Of a DNA stretch of 64,000 nucleotides, positions 48,555-57,771 are shown piece after piece. Source of the DNA: Dehalococcoidia bacterium. GTDB taxonomy: Bacteria > Chloroflexota > Dehalococcoidia > UBA6926. The number at the start of each line of letters is the position of its first letter. Positions within the stretch are counted from its first letter, which is position 1. The position numbers and the translations under genes are program-made. The stretch lies in assembly GCA_034428515.1 (NCBI GenBank), contig DAOUHQ010000007.1:6258-70257 (forward strand). The letters are read 5' to 3'. A model generated the notes under the pieces. That model was not told where the DNA came from. It did no database searches and saw nothing but the letters and a program-made list of their open reading frames with translations.

Positions 48555-49910
48555 CTACAACCCCAGCACGCCAATAGAGACCGCAGCAAGCGCCAACAGC
48601 ACCCCAAATCCAACCACATCCGTCACCGTTGTGCCGAATATCCCGGCTGCCAAGGCTGGGTCAACGCCGAATCGCCGCAGGATCAGCGGAATCAGCACTC
48701 CCGCGGCCCCCGCCACAATCAAGTTAATCAACATCGCCGCACCAAGCGCCACGGACAGCCAAAGATTCTGCGACCAGACGAAAGCCGCAGCTCCCGCAAC
48801 GACGCCCAGTGTTACCCCGTGTGCCAGACCCAACACAATTTCCTTCGCGAGCACCCGGCGTGCGTTCCGCAGCGTCAGTTCACCCAATGCGATGCTTCGT
48901 ACGGCAATCGTCACCGTCTGGATGATCGCGTTGCCTCCCTGTCCGCCCACAATGGGCAGGAACGCCGCCAGAACAGCCGCCTTGGCAATGGTGGACTCGA
49001 ACATCCCTACGACGGCCGCCGCTGCGAACGCCGTGACTAAATTCACAATCAACCATGGCATCCGAAGCCGCATCGACCTGACAATGCCGGTTTGGACGGA
49101 CTCCTCAGCGTTGAGGCCAACGATCATGTACATGTCCTCGGTCGCCTCGCCCTCGGCAACATGCATCATCTCCGGAAGATCGATGAATCCCAGCAGGTGT
49201 CCGTCGTCATCCACGGTTGGCAGCGTGTCCAGCCGATACCGCTCCATGATTCGCGCGCACTCTTCCTGGTCTGTCCCGGCCGGAACGGATTTCGGATCGT
49301 GATCCATGATGCGAGACAGTGGGGTGCCGGGCGGCGCAAGCAACAGCTGTCGGAAGCTCACGCTGCCGGAGAGCTTGTTGTCGTCATCTACGACAAAAAC
49401 CCGCGATAGGCGCCGGGTTAGCGCCTCCGATGCACGGATGGACGCGTGCGCCTGAAGGACGGTCATGCGCTCACGGAGCGCGAGAAAGTCCGTTGTCACC
49501 AGCGCCCCCGCCGTCTCCTCATCCTGCGCGAGGAGGTTCCGGACGATATCTCGTTCAGCCAGCGAGTCCACTATCTCGGAGCGCAGTTCTCTGGGCATTT
49601 CGCGAAGTACGCGCGCCGCAGTCCCCAGCGGTGTCCGATTGAATATTGCGGTCAGGCTCTCACCCGGCAGCCGAGCCAGCGGTGTTAGCGCCCGCTCGCC
49701 GTGCCGCACGAGGTACTCCAGCAGGTGACTGACATCCCGCGCCGAAAGATGAGAGAGAATTTCAGCGCGGGCGTGTTCAGGAAGTTCATTGATGACTTCC
49801 GCAGCATCCGCCGGCTCTTGCTCGCGCAGCTCGACGGCAACCGCCGCCGCTTCCCCTGCCTCCACGCGGTCGGCTAGCTGTTCCGCGTCTATCGTTTCAG
49901 GCAAGGTCAT
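48555..49910 (-). CDS. mgtE: magnesium transporter
   Basis: 451 aa; MgtE N-domain, two CBS domains, C-terminal TM domain. Confidence 0.85.
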   Translation of the reverse strand: MTLPETIDAEQLADRVEAGEAAAVAVELREQEPADAAEVINELPEHARAEILSHLSARDVSHLLEYLVRHGERALTPLARLPGESLTAIFNRTPLGTAARVLREMPRELRSEIVDSLAERDIVRNLLAQDEETAGALVTTDFLALRERMTVLQAHASIRASEALTRRLSRVFVVDDDNKLSGSVSFRQLLLAPPGTPLSRIMDHDPKSVPAGTDQEECARIMERYRLDTLPTVDDDGHLLGFIDLPEMMHVAEGEATEDMYMIVGLNAEESVQTGIVRSMRLRMPWLIVNLVTAFAAAAVVGMFESTIAKAAVLAAFLPIVGGQGGNAIIQTVTIAVRSIALGELTLRNARRVLAKEIVLGLAHGVTLGVVAGAAAFVWSQNLWLSVALGAAMLINLIVAGAAGVLIPLILRRFGVDPALAAGIFGTTVTDVVGFGVLLALAAVSIGVLGL

Positions 49911-49926
49911 GGCCGATTCGCCCCCT

Positions 49927-50301
49927 CTACCGCCGTCGTGTTATCTCTACCCAGGCGCTGTCCAGCGCTCCTCTGATAGGCACGGACGGCTTGCTGACGC
50001 GGATGCGCGTCGACTCAATAGGGAGCTCGTCAAGAAGCCGCTGGGCGCACTCCTCCGCAAGGCTCTCCAACAGCGCGTGCGGCGGCCCTTCTACCACTCC
50101 CTGGACGATCTCGAATGCGCGCCCATAGTCAGCCGTGTCGGCTAGATCGTCTGAATGTCCCGCGACAGAAAGATCCATAGCCATCTCAAGATCGACGATG
50201 AATCGCTGGCCGACGGCCTGCTCTTCTTCGGTCGCGCCATGATGTCCGAAGAACACCATCCCTGAGAGACCGATAAGGTCCTGGGGCTCATAGTCGTTCA
50301 T
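49927..50301 (-). CDS. folB: dihydroneopterin aldolase
   Basis: 124 aa; FFGHHGATEEEQAVGQRFIVD motif. Confidence 0.8.
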   Translation of the reverse strand: MNDYEPQDLIGLSGMVFFGHHGATEEEQAVGQRFIVDLEMAMDLSVAGHSDDLADTADYGRAFEIVQGVVEGPPHALLESLAEECAQRLLDELPIESTRIRVSKPSVPIRGALDSAWVEITRRR

Positions 50302-50322
50302 TGGCGCTCGTCTCCTGAAACG

Positions 50323-51231
50323 CTAACGCCGTCGATAGGGTGGATACCCCGGCGGCATCGGCGGCTCGTAGTAGTCGTCATCGTCATCATCGTACTGGTA
50401 GAGCCTCGATCTATTCGTCTCATACCTGTTCGGCTGCCACACCTTTTCCCGCCTCAGGATGCGCCAACCTGCAACGATGCCGGCGCCCGCGACAAAGCCT
50501 CCTACATGTGCCCAGTAGGCCACGCCGCCCCCGCCTCCCGCCACAACCAGCCCGCCGACGCCCTGGAACAACTGGATCACCATCCACATCACAAGCAGCC
50601 ACACTGCCGGGATCTCCATCACCGTGATCAGCCCCATCATGAATAGCGTGCGGACCCGGCGGCGCGGGAACAACAACAGGTATGCGCCAAGCACGCCCGC
50701 GATTGCCCCGCTTGCTCCGATGGCCGGGATGCTGCTCTCCCAGTTGAACAGGATGTGCGTTGCGGAGGCGAGAACACCCGTCGCCAGATAGAAAACAAGA
50801 AACCCAACGCGCCCGAAATGGTGCTCGAGGTTGTCCCCGAACACCCATAGAAACACCATATTGCCCAGGATGTGCGCCCATCCCCCGTGCAGGAACATCG
50901 ATGTGAACAGCGTCATCCATGACGGGACGATGGGCGCGATTGCCGCGTATTCGGGCAGCGACATTATCTGGTCGAATACTGCGCCGTTGGTGAACTCAAA
51001 GGGCACCACGCCGAACCGGAAATGAAAGATTGCACGCTGCTCCGGGTCGAGGATGATGGTGTACAGGAACGCGAGCGCATTGATGACGATCAGCGTGATG
51101 GTCAGCCACGGCGTCCCGTGCCGCCCACCGACGTTGTCTGAAAGAGGAATCATGGCCGCACTAACCCCCTGCGGCAGCCGCGCGTCGGCGCCCGCCCCAT
51201 GTCTACAATGAAATTGTGTCCGCTCGGACAC
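50323..51231 (-). CDS. rhomboid family intramembrane serine protease
   Basis: 302 aa; HGGWAHILGNM motif; GASGAI catalytic Ser; AHxGG catalytic His. Confidence 0.8.
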   Translation of the reverse strand: MSERTQFHCRHGAGADARLPQGVSAAMIPLSDNVGGRHGTPWLTITLIVINALAFLYTIILDPEQRAIFHFRFGVVPFEFTNGAVFDQIMSLPEYAAIAPIVPSWMTLFTSMFLHGGWAHILGNMVFLWVFGDNLEHHFGRVGFLVFYLATGVLASATHILFNWESSIPAIGASGAIAGVLGAYLLLFPRRRVRTLFMMGLITVMEIPAVWLLVMWMVIQLFQGVGGLVVAGGGGGVAYWAHVGGFVAGAGIVAGWRILRREKVWQPNRYETNRSRLYQYDDDDDDYYEPPMPPGYPPYRRR

Positions 51232-51260
51232 ACGATTCTACCGATGGAAGGCATAGACAC

Positions 51261-52466
51261 ATGAGTGGACCACTTGAAGGTCTCCGAATCGTTGATTTAA
51301 CCCGCATCCTCGCGGGCCCGTTCGCAACCATGATTCTATCCGACATGGGCGCGGAGGTCATAAAGGTCGAACGCCCCGAGGGCGGCGACCTCTCTCGCGG
51401 CACAGGCCCGTTCTTCGAAGGGGAGAGCTACTACTTCGTTAGCGTCAACCGCGGCAAACAAAGCGTTTCCATCAACCTCGCGCACCCCGACGGTCAGCAG
51501 GCGCTCAAAGACATCGCTGCCGAGTGCGACGTGCTCGTGGAGAATTTCGTCCCCGGCACGATGGCCAACTTCGGCCTCTCCTACGACAATCTCCAGGCTG
51601 TGAATCCTCGTCTCGTCTATTGCTCCATCTCCGGCTTTGGCCAGACCGGCCCCTACGCCCAACGCCCCGCGCTGGACATCATCGTCCAGGCCATGGGCGG
51701 CATCATGAGCATCACGGGCGAGGCCGGCGGCGGCCCCGTCCGTCCCGGCAGTTCGCTCGGCGACATGATCGCCGGACTCTTTGCAACAACCGCCATCCTC
51801 GCTGCCGTGCAGGAACGGGAGCGCAGCGGGAAAGGGCAGTACATCGATGTCTCAATGCTCGAGTGCCAGCTCGCCATCCTTGAGGCCGCAGTTGGCAGAT
51901 ATGTATCGACGGGACACGTTCCCGGCCCAATCGGCACGCGCCACCCCTCATTCACCCCTTTCCAGGCATTCAAGGCGGCGGACGACTGGATCGTCGTGGC
52001 GATTGTCGGTGGCGTCAACGACCAGTGGCCGCTATTTTGCGCCGCCATCGACCGCGTGGACATGATCGACGATGTCCGCTACGTCGATGGCTACCACCGT
52101 ACCCTCAACTACGATGACCTACTCCCCGAATTAGAGGAGGCCTTCTTAAAGAAACCCGCCGAGCAATGGCTGCGCGAACTTGGCCGGCTGGGAATTGCGT
52201 GCGGCCCTGTCAACCGCATCGACCAGGTCCTGGCCGATCCACAGGTGCAGGAACGCGGCGCGATAGCTCATGTTCCTCACCCACGCGTCGGCAACATCCC
52301 AGTCGTCAACTCCCCCCTCCGCTTCTCCCGCACCCCCAACGGCAACCTTGGCCCCGCCCCAGACCTCGGCCAACACAACGAAACCGTCCTCCAAGGCCTG
52401 ACAGGCTACACCGCAGAGCAGGTGGAACGGCTAAGGGCAGAGGGCGTGATAGTGGCGGAGGAGTAG
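51261..52466 (+). CDS. CoA-transferase family III (CaiB/BaiF-like)
   Basis: ATG MSGPLEGLRIVDLT at 51261; family III signature. Confidence 0.8.
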   Translation: MSGPLEGLRIVDLTRILAGPFATMILSDMGAEVIKVERPEGGDLSRGTGPFFEGESYYFVSVNRGKQSVSINLAHPDGQQALKDIAAECDVLVENFVPGTMANFGLSYDNLQAVNPRLVYCSISGFGQTGPYAQRPALDIIVQAMGGIMSITGEAGGGPVRPGSSLGDMIAGLFATTAILAAVQERERSGKGQYIDVSMLECQLAILEAAVGRYVSTGHVPGPIGTRHPSFTPFQAFKAADDWIVVAIVGGVNDQWPLFCAAIDRVDMIDDVRYVDGYHRTLNYDDLLPELEEAFLKKPAEQWLRELGRLGIACGPVNRIDQVLADPQVQERGAIAHVPHPRVGNIPVVNSPLRFSRTPNGNLGPAPDLGQHNETVLQGLTGYTAEQVERLRAEGVIVAEE

Positions 52467-52541
52467 GAGGCTATAATCGTAGCCTAAATAGCGGAAGCCA
52501 ATGATGACCTCGTCGCTTGGCTAATCCTCCCCCTCAAAGGC

Positions 52542-52979
52542 TCAGCGTCTGCTGCCCCGCATTGATCCTTCTACGTAGAATTCTTCGAGATCGTAAAGCG
52601 AGCAAATGACCTCTCGATCGTCACCGTTTTCCCATGAATCTCGGGAGGGATAAAAAGTACTGATATCTAGGAGGGAGTCGTAGTAGGAAAGCCCCACGAA
52701 TTGGTCGAATTCCTCTAGGCATAGGTTCGAAGCCGCATCGCTAACAAGAGTACGGCCGGGGAACGGCACTCCCGGGGCCTCTTCGAATGAAAGAACGGCG
52801 TAGACCTCGTACTGATGCGGTTCATCGCACGGCACGAGGTCTACATCAGCAACATCTTCCGACTCGTCCTCGTTGTAGTTGTAGCAATCCCCTTCCGCTA
52901 AGTCGAATACATTCCCCTCTGAGAGACATCCTGCTGCAAGAGCTGTAACCAGACCTAAAAGTACAACTGCTTTCAACAT
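52542..52979 (-). CDS. hypothetical lipoprotein (low-GC cargo 1)
   Basis: 145 aa; lipobox LAAGC; Asp/Glu-rich; local GC clearly lower. Confidence 0.5.
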   Translation of the reverse strand: MLKAVVLLGLVTALAAGCLSEGNVFDLAEGDCYNYNEDESEDVADVDLVPCDEPHQYEVYAVLSFEEAPGVPFPGRTLVSDAASNLCLEEFDQFVGLSYYDSLLDISTFYPSRDSWENGDDREVICSLYDLEEFYVEGSMRGSRR

Positions 52980-53004
52980 TGTCTGACCTCCTTGGGGCTC
53001 CCTG

Positions 53005-53095
53005 CGCGTCCCAAGGAGGACTCGAGCTCAGAACCTGCGGATTAGAAGTTTGCTGCTTTGTCCGGTTGAGCTACTAGGATAGGGACGCTGACACG
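53005..53095 (-). pseudogene. degenerate tRNA-Arg-like copy (pseudo-tRNA)
   Basis: Minus strand GCGTCCCTatccTAGTAGCTCAACCGGACAaAGCAGCaaACTTCTAATCCGCAGGTTctgaGcTCGAGTCCtcc aligns to the intact tRNA at 54433..54509 but has broken anticodon and T stems. Confidence 0.45.
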
Positions 53096-53137
53096 GTTAC
53101 CATGACGTTATCGACATAATATGTCAAGAAACCTCAA

Positions 53138-53312
53138 CCCCATCCCCGTTGTCAACTCCCCCCTCCGCTTCTCCCGCACCCCCAACGGCCCTCTCGGAGA
53201 AGCCCCGGACCTAGGCCAACACAACGAAACCGTCCTCCAAGGCCTAACTGGCTACACGAAAGAGCACGTGGAACGGCTAAGGTCTGAGGGAGTAATAGTA
53301 GCGGAGGAGTGA
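53138..53312 (+). pseudogene. duplicated 3' fragment of the CoA-transferase gene
   Basis: Encodes IPVVNSPLRFSRTPNGPLGEAPDLGQHNETVLQGLTGYTKEHVERLRSEGVIVAEE, ~85-90% nt identical to 52290..52466. Confidence 0.55.
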
Positions 53313-53314
53313 CC

Positions 53315-54379
53315 CTACCTGGTGTTCGCTATTTGGTAAGCCTCACGAAGTGCCGCAAAAAGCTCCTCAGAAAATGGCGCGCCGACCCAAGCGGATTGGC
53401 CGGTAGCTGCTTCCTTCCCGACCGCAGACCAGACGCGCTCAATAGAAGCGGACGCATAGAGATTGAAAGTGCTTCTCTTCACACCGACAAACGGTTTCCC
53501 CCCGGATTCACAACTGAAGTAGGCAAGATGGCCACGGCCCCCCGGCAACAATAGCCTGACCGCTCCTCCACCTCTCAGATAAGAGACACTGATAGGCTCT
53601 CCAAGCCCTGCTGCTCCAATCTCTTTGATGAACTCTAAAACACCATCGAATCGCTCTTGTTGCTCGAGTGGCAACGCCTCGATTAACTCTTCGAATTCTG
53701 ATGTGCCCGGCACACTATTCTGAGATGTCAGAAGTGTGCCCGCCCGCGCCGCCTGCTCTCTATCCCGTGCCATTACCAGATAATCCTGCGCCTCTGGCAG
53801 AGGAATCACTTGGTCAATATCCAGCAAGAGACTGCCCTCATGCCGGTATGAACGTACGCGAACACACCTAATGTCCAGCCCCATCTCATTCAGCCACAAG
53901 ACAGACGTCGTAATCTCCTTGTTGAAATCCTCGGATACAAGGACAATTCTCGGACGCTCAGTCGCTATGGATATCTCCTCATTCACGCCAAGACCAAGAT
54001 GGTCTCGAATCCGTTCCTCAGCAAATCCCTCGATACTCTTATCTCGAAGGTAGCGTGCATGGCCCTCAATGATGCTCTGTGTTGAGAAATTCGCCATCAT
54101 CGCGGCGTAGCGAATTGCTTGCAACTCCATGTGTACGCCGTCACCACGCTTCAACTCAACGACGACTAGCTTGCCGTCGACATCGATGCAGAGAAGGTCG
54201 ATATACCGCCAGGCGTCTTGCCAATCTGTGAACTCGTCGGCGATGACGAACAATCCATCCTCAATGAATTCAGGATGCTCACGCAAAGCCTCTTGCAGAT
54301 CAGCCTCAGCGATGCGTTCTTCGTGGAATGACGTCCTGTCAATCCCAGTCAGACTCTTATCGTTCATCTCGTAGAGCAT
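53315..54379 (-). CDS. NucS/DUF91-like PD-(D/E)xK nuclease-domain protein (low-GC cargo 2)
   Basis: 354 aa; HPEFIEDGLFVIADEF...WRYIDLLCIDVDGKLVVVELKRG motif; lower GC than flanks. Confidence 0.55.
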   Translation of the reverse strand: MLYEMNDKSLTGIDRTSFHEERIAEADLQEALREHPEFIEDGLFVIADEFTDWQDAWRYIDLLCIDVDGKLVVVELKRGDGVHMELQAIRYAAMMANFSTQSIIEGHARYLRDKSIEGFAEERIRDHLGLGVNEEISIATERPRIVLVSEDFNKEITTSVLWLNEMGLDIRCVRVRSYRHEGSLLLDIDQVIPLPEAQDYLVMARDREQAARAGTLLTSQNSVPGTSEFEELIEALPLEQQERFDGVLEFIKEIGAAGLGEPISVSYLRGGGAVRLLLPGGRGHLAYFSCESGGKPFVGVKRSTFNLYASASIERVWSAVGKEAATGQSAWVGAPFSEELFAALREAYQIANTR

Positions 54380-54432
54380 TCTTTCCCACCAAGCGACTAG
54401 ATGTGTTTAGTTCTAACCACGCCCCCAAATGA

Positions 54433-54509
54433 TGGCGTCCCCGGTGGGACTCGAACCCACAACCTGCGGATTAGAAGTCCGCTGCTCTGTCCGGTTGAGC
54501 TACAGGGAC
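54433..54509 (-). tRNA. tRNA-Arg (anticodon TCT)
   Basis: 77 nt GTCCCTG-TA-GCTC-AACCGGACA-GAGC-A-GCGGA-CTTCTAA-TCCGC-AGGTT-GTGGG-TTCGAGT-CCCAC-CGGGGAC-G-CCA; all stems pair; CCA encoded. Confidence 0.9.
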
Positions 54510-54610
54510 GCGCTTGGGTCGCGGCATCCCATCCATGATAGCGCCGCAACTCCATAGGCGAGTCTACGTCCGTTACGCAGCCTGGTGTTGAACAGGTGAG
54601 CCCAACGGTC

Positions 54611-55201
54611 TTAGGAGACGGGTCGGTCAGACGCGACAGACCCGTTCTGCGGGGGCGGGGTGTCCACCACGTCCGGTAGCCAGGTATAGACACGGTGCAG
54701 GGGGCGATAAGCCCCGCTCACCTGTGACACGCTCTTGATCTCAAGCCCGCCGATGTCGGCTTTCGTTGTCCACTTGCGCTGCACGTACGCGCCCGCTCTG
54801 AACGAGCCGATGAGCGCCAGCGCGGAAAGCCCCATCGCCTGCGGCAGCCGCCCGACACGGTTGCGTGTGCCGAGGATCATCCCGGTCAGCAGGGCAGTCG
54901 TCATGCCGCCCAGCAGGAAATTCGTGCCGCAGAATGGCGAAATGGCCAAGTGGGATTCCCCAGCCCGCAGCCGCTCCACAGCCTCTTGTGCGGCGTCCTC
55001 TATGCGTTGCGCCGTCGTTGGCCCATAGACGAAGAATCCGTCCTGTTTCGCGCTGCCCCCAAGTCGACCAAACTGGTCATGCTTGCGACCAAGCACGGCG
55101 ATCGTCGCGTGTTCAATCGCGTGATTCTGCCGGATGCGGTCAATGAGCTCAATGATATCCATCACACATTCGAGTATGGGAACCGCGCCAAACAGGGTCA
55201 A
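54611..55201 (-). CDS. hypothetical protein
   Basis: 196 aa; conserved-looking NHAIEHATIA segment; no family assignable. Confidence 0.4.
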   Translation of the reverse strand: MTLFGAVPILECVMDIIELIDRIRQNHAIEHATIAVLGRKHDQFGRLGGSAKQDGFFVYGPTTAQRIEDAAQEAVERLRAGESHLAISPFCGTNFLLGGMTTALLTGMILGTRNRVGRLPQAMGLSALALIGSFRAGAYVQRKWTTKADIGGLEIKSVSQVSGAYRPLHRVYTWLPDVVDTPPPQNGSVASDRPVS

Positions 55202-55253
55202 GGCAGAAGAAAAATCCTCGCCACCGCGCCCCCAAGTCGTCTATGCTTTTTAC

Positions 55254-55868
55254 ATGTCCAACGGTGCCACAGGATTGAGCCGTCGCAACGGGCTTGCGGG
55301 CCCCGCCGCCAAGGGCGTCGACCGCGTCCTCATCAGCAAGACGCGCCTCCAGCGTCGCGTGAAAGAACTGGCCGCGCAGCTGAGCGTCGAGTATGCCAAC
55401 GGCGAGGTGGTCTGTGTTGGTGCGCTGAATGGCGTCATCTGTTTTCTCGCGGACCTCGTGCGTGAAATGGACATCCCCGCTCCGGTGGAACTTGTTCACG
55501 TTGACCGATTCATTGATGAAGACGGCCACACCGTAGAGATGCCCAACCCATTCCGGGAGAGCCTGCGTGGCCGTGATGTCCTCATCGTGGAGGACATCGT
55601 TGATACCGGTGTCACGCTCAAACTTCTGGAAGAGAAGGTTCTCGCGGAGAAACCTGCCTCGCTCAAGGTCTGCACGCTGTTGGACAAACCCGCGCACCGG
55701 ATAGTTGAGGTTCAGGTCGACTACGTCGGGTTCTCGATAGATCCGGTCTTCGTCGTTGGCTATGGCCTCGACTACGAGGGTTTCTATCGAAACCTGCCGT
55801 TCGTAGGTGTTGTGGACAGCGCGGTTTGGCCACCCGCGCTACTCGAGCGCCCCAAGTTCGACACCTAA
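55254..55868 (+). CDS. hpt: hypoxanthine phosphoribosyltransferase
   Basis: ATG at 55254; PRPP-binding motif VLIVEDIVDTGVT. Confidence 0.85.
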   Translation: MSNGATGLSRRNGLAGPAAKGVDRVLISKTRLQRRVKELAAQLSVEYANGEVVCVGALNGVICFLADLVREMDIPAPVELVHVDRFIDEDGHTVEMPNPFRESLRGRDVLIVEDIVDTGVTLKLLEEKVLAEKPASLKVCTLLDKPAHRIVEVQVDYVGFSIDPVFVVGYGLDYEGFYRNLPFVGVVDSAVWPPALLERPKFDT

Positions 55869-55986
55869 GTCCCCTCCGCCTCAGGGAGAGGGCCCCACAT
55901 CGTTGACACGGCGCATTGCCATTGGCCAAACTCGCGGTACACCATCACAGGAAATGCGCCTTCATGGCGCGGGGGAGAGGGAGACG

Positions 55987-56430
55987 ATGATTACCGATAT
56001 TCGCTACAACGCCGTCATGGTGGAGGACCTCGAAGAGGGCGTGCAGATATGGAAAGACCTGTTCGGCCTTGAGGAGTTGAACCAGGCGCGCGGCAACCAA
56101 TTTGGCATTCGCGCGCAGATGCTCGGTTACAACGGCCAGCCCGTGATCGAGGTCATGACCCCAGCCGGCCCTGAGACTGCGCTCGCCCGCATGATGGAGG
56201 AGCGCAAGAATGAGCGGAATCCCAAGGGCGAGGGTATGTACATGGTCTGCCTGGAAGTCGATGACATTGAGGCAACCATCAAGAACATCGAGGAAAAGGG
56301 CGGCCGCATCCAGCGTGAAGAGGGCAACTCCAACGTCGCGTGGGTTCACCCCCTCGGTACCAAGATGGTCTTCATTGAGTTGCAGCAGCGCGGCTCTGGC
56401 GGCATGGGCGCAGCCGGCGGAGGCAGCTAG
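55987..56430 (+). CDS. VOC-family protein (glyoxalase/methylmalonyl-CoA epimerase-like)
   Basis: ATG MITDIRYNAVMV at 55987 with purine-rich SD; ~147 aa. Confidence 0.6.
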   Translation: MITDIRYNAVMVEDLEEGVQIWKDLFGLEELNQARGNQFGIRAQMLGYNGQPVIEVMTPAGPETALARMMEERKNERNPKGEGMYMVCLEVDDIEATIKNIEEKGGRIQREEGNSNVAWVHPLGTKMVFIELQQRGSGGMGAAGGGS

Positions 56431-56507
56431 GGTAAACCGAGCCGGCGCGTGAACGTCGACCTTGGTTACCAAACGAACCGTCCTGTCCTTCACCGGTTCT
56501 TGGGGGC

Positions 56508-57485
56508 GTGAGCATGCAGAGTGAGAACGCATTCCCTGAACGGGGAATGAATGACCTCTTTGCGGAGCTCTGGTCCGTTTACCTGGCGCGCATTCTTCGT
56601 CTGCTTTTTATCTCGGTTATCAGCGCCGCAATTGTCTTCGGAGCCGTGTCCGGCATCGATGTCATTCTGCCCGAGGGAAATCAGCCCGCAATCGACGAGA
56701 TTCTTACAAGTGTGCCGGAGGACGAGACTCTTACTAATGAGCAACTTCAGCAAGTAGCCGAGTTGCAGTTGGACGATCTGCCGCTTGAAATGCTCCGATC
56801 AGGTCTCGTGATTGGCATCGCGCTGTTGGTTTCCGCCATTGCCGCGGGCGCCTACATGTTCGTTATCGGCGCCCATTATGTGGTTGGCCGCGTCCTGATC
56901 TCGGAGGCCCTTACGTTTTCCGTGCAGCGCGTTGGCAGCCTGATCATCACGACGCTGATGGCACTGGCCGTGGTGTTTGCCGTCTGGGCGTTGTTGTTCA
57001 TTGCGCCGTTCATGATTGCAAACGCTGCTATGGATGCCGCACTTGTGGCGGCCCTGTTCGGACTGCTCTCATTCACCGGTTTTGTTGGCGCGTTGGTGAT
57101 TACGGCTTATGTGGCCATACGCTGGACATTCATCTGGCCGGTGATTGCCTTCGAGGGCGTGATCGGTGTGACGGCTCTTCGCCGCAGCTGGGAACTGACG
57201 GAGAGTTTCTGGTGGCGGACGTTTGGCATCGTCGTCATCATTACGCTCGCTGTCTTCGCAGTGGGATTTCCCGGTTTCATTGCAACCGGAGCAGGACTCG
57301 ACACTGTAGGAACCTGGTATTCGAATATCGTCGCCCCCACCCTTGCGGGACCGATTCAGGCAATCATGATATTCCTGCTTTATTCAGATCTTCGAACGCG
57401 AAAGGAAGTCCCGCCGGGCTACGGCCCCGACCAAATCGCGAGCGAGCTTAACTTCCAGACTCAAGCATGGGACGACGCGCCGTAG
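56508..57485 (+). CDS. hypothetical polytopic membrane protein
   Basis: 325 aa; 6-7 TM helices. Confidence 0.5.
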   Translation: MSMQSENAFPERGMNDLFAELWSVYLARILRLLFISVISAAIVFGAVSGIDVILPEGNQPAIDEILTSVPEDETLTNEQLQQVAELQLDDLPLEMLRSGLVIGIALLVSAIAAGAYMFVIGAHYVVGRVLISEALTFSVQRVGSLIITTLMALAVVFAVWALLFIAPFMIANAAMDAALVAALFGLLSFTGFVGALVITAYVAIRWTFIWPVIAFEGVIGVTALRRSWELTESFWWRTFGIVVIITLAVFAVGFPGFIATGAGLDTVGTWYSNIVAPTLAGPIQAIMIFLLYSDLRTRKEVPPGYGPDQIASELNFQTQAWDDAP

Positions 57486-57490
57486 CGCAG

Positions 57491-57766
57491 TTACCCGCCG
57501 ATCACCACGTTCCATTTCCTGATCTTCCATGAGGCGACCAGGCCGTTGTTGATATACGGGTCCTTCGAAACAAAGTCATCGATGACGGATGTATCGTCGG
57601 TGCGGAACACAATGGACGCCCCGTCGATGGGGTCGTCGTACGCCCCGGCAATTGGGACGATTCCTCGAGCATTGAGGTCTTTCAAGAGGCCCAGGTGCTC
57701 ATCCCGATGCGCAGGCCGCCGCTCCAGCACATCCGCCACATATTCATAGATAAGGATGTAGTACAT
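57491..57766 (-). CDS. YciI-family protein
   Basis: 91 aa; MYYILIYEY...HRDEHL motif. Confidence 0.7.
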   Translation of the reverse strand: MYYILIYEYVADVLERRPAHRDEHLGLLKDLNARGIVPIAGAYDDPIDGASIVFRTDDTSVIDDFVSKDPYINNGLVASWKIRKWNVVIGG

Positions 57767-57771
57767 CGCGC

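Noticed and set aside
48274-49302. 342-aa plus ORF
   Set aside because: Antisense to mgtE. Ser/Thr/Ala/Arg low complexity.
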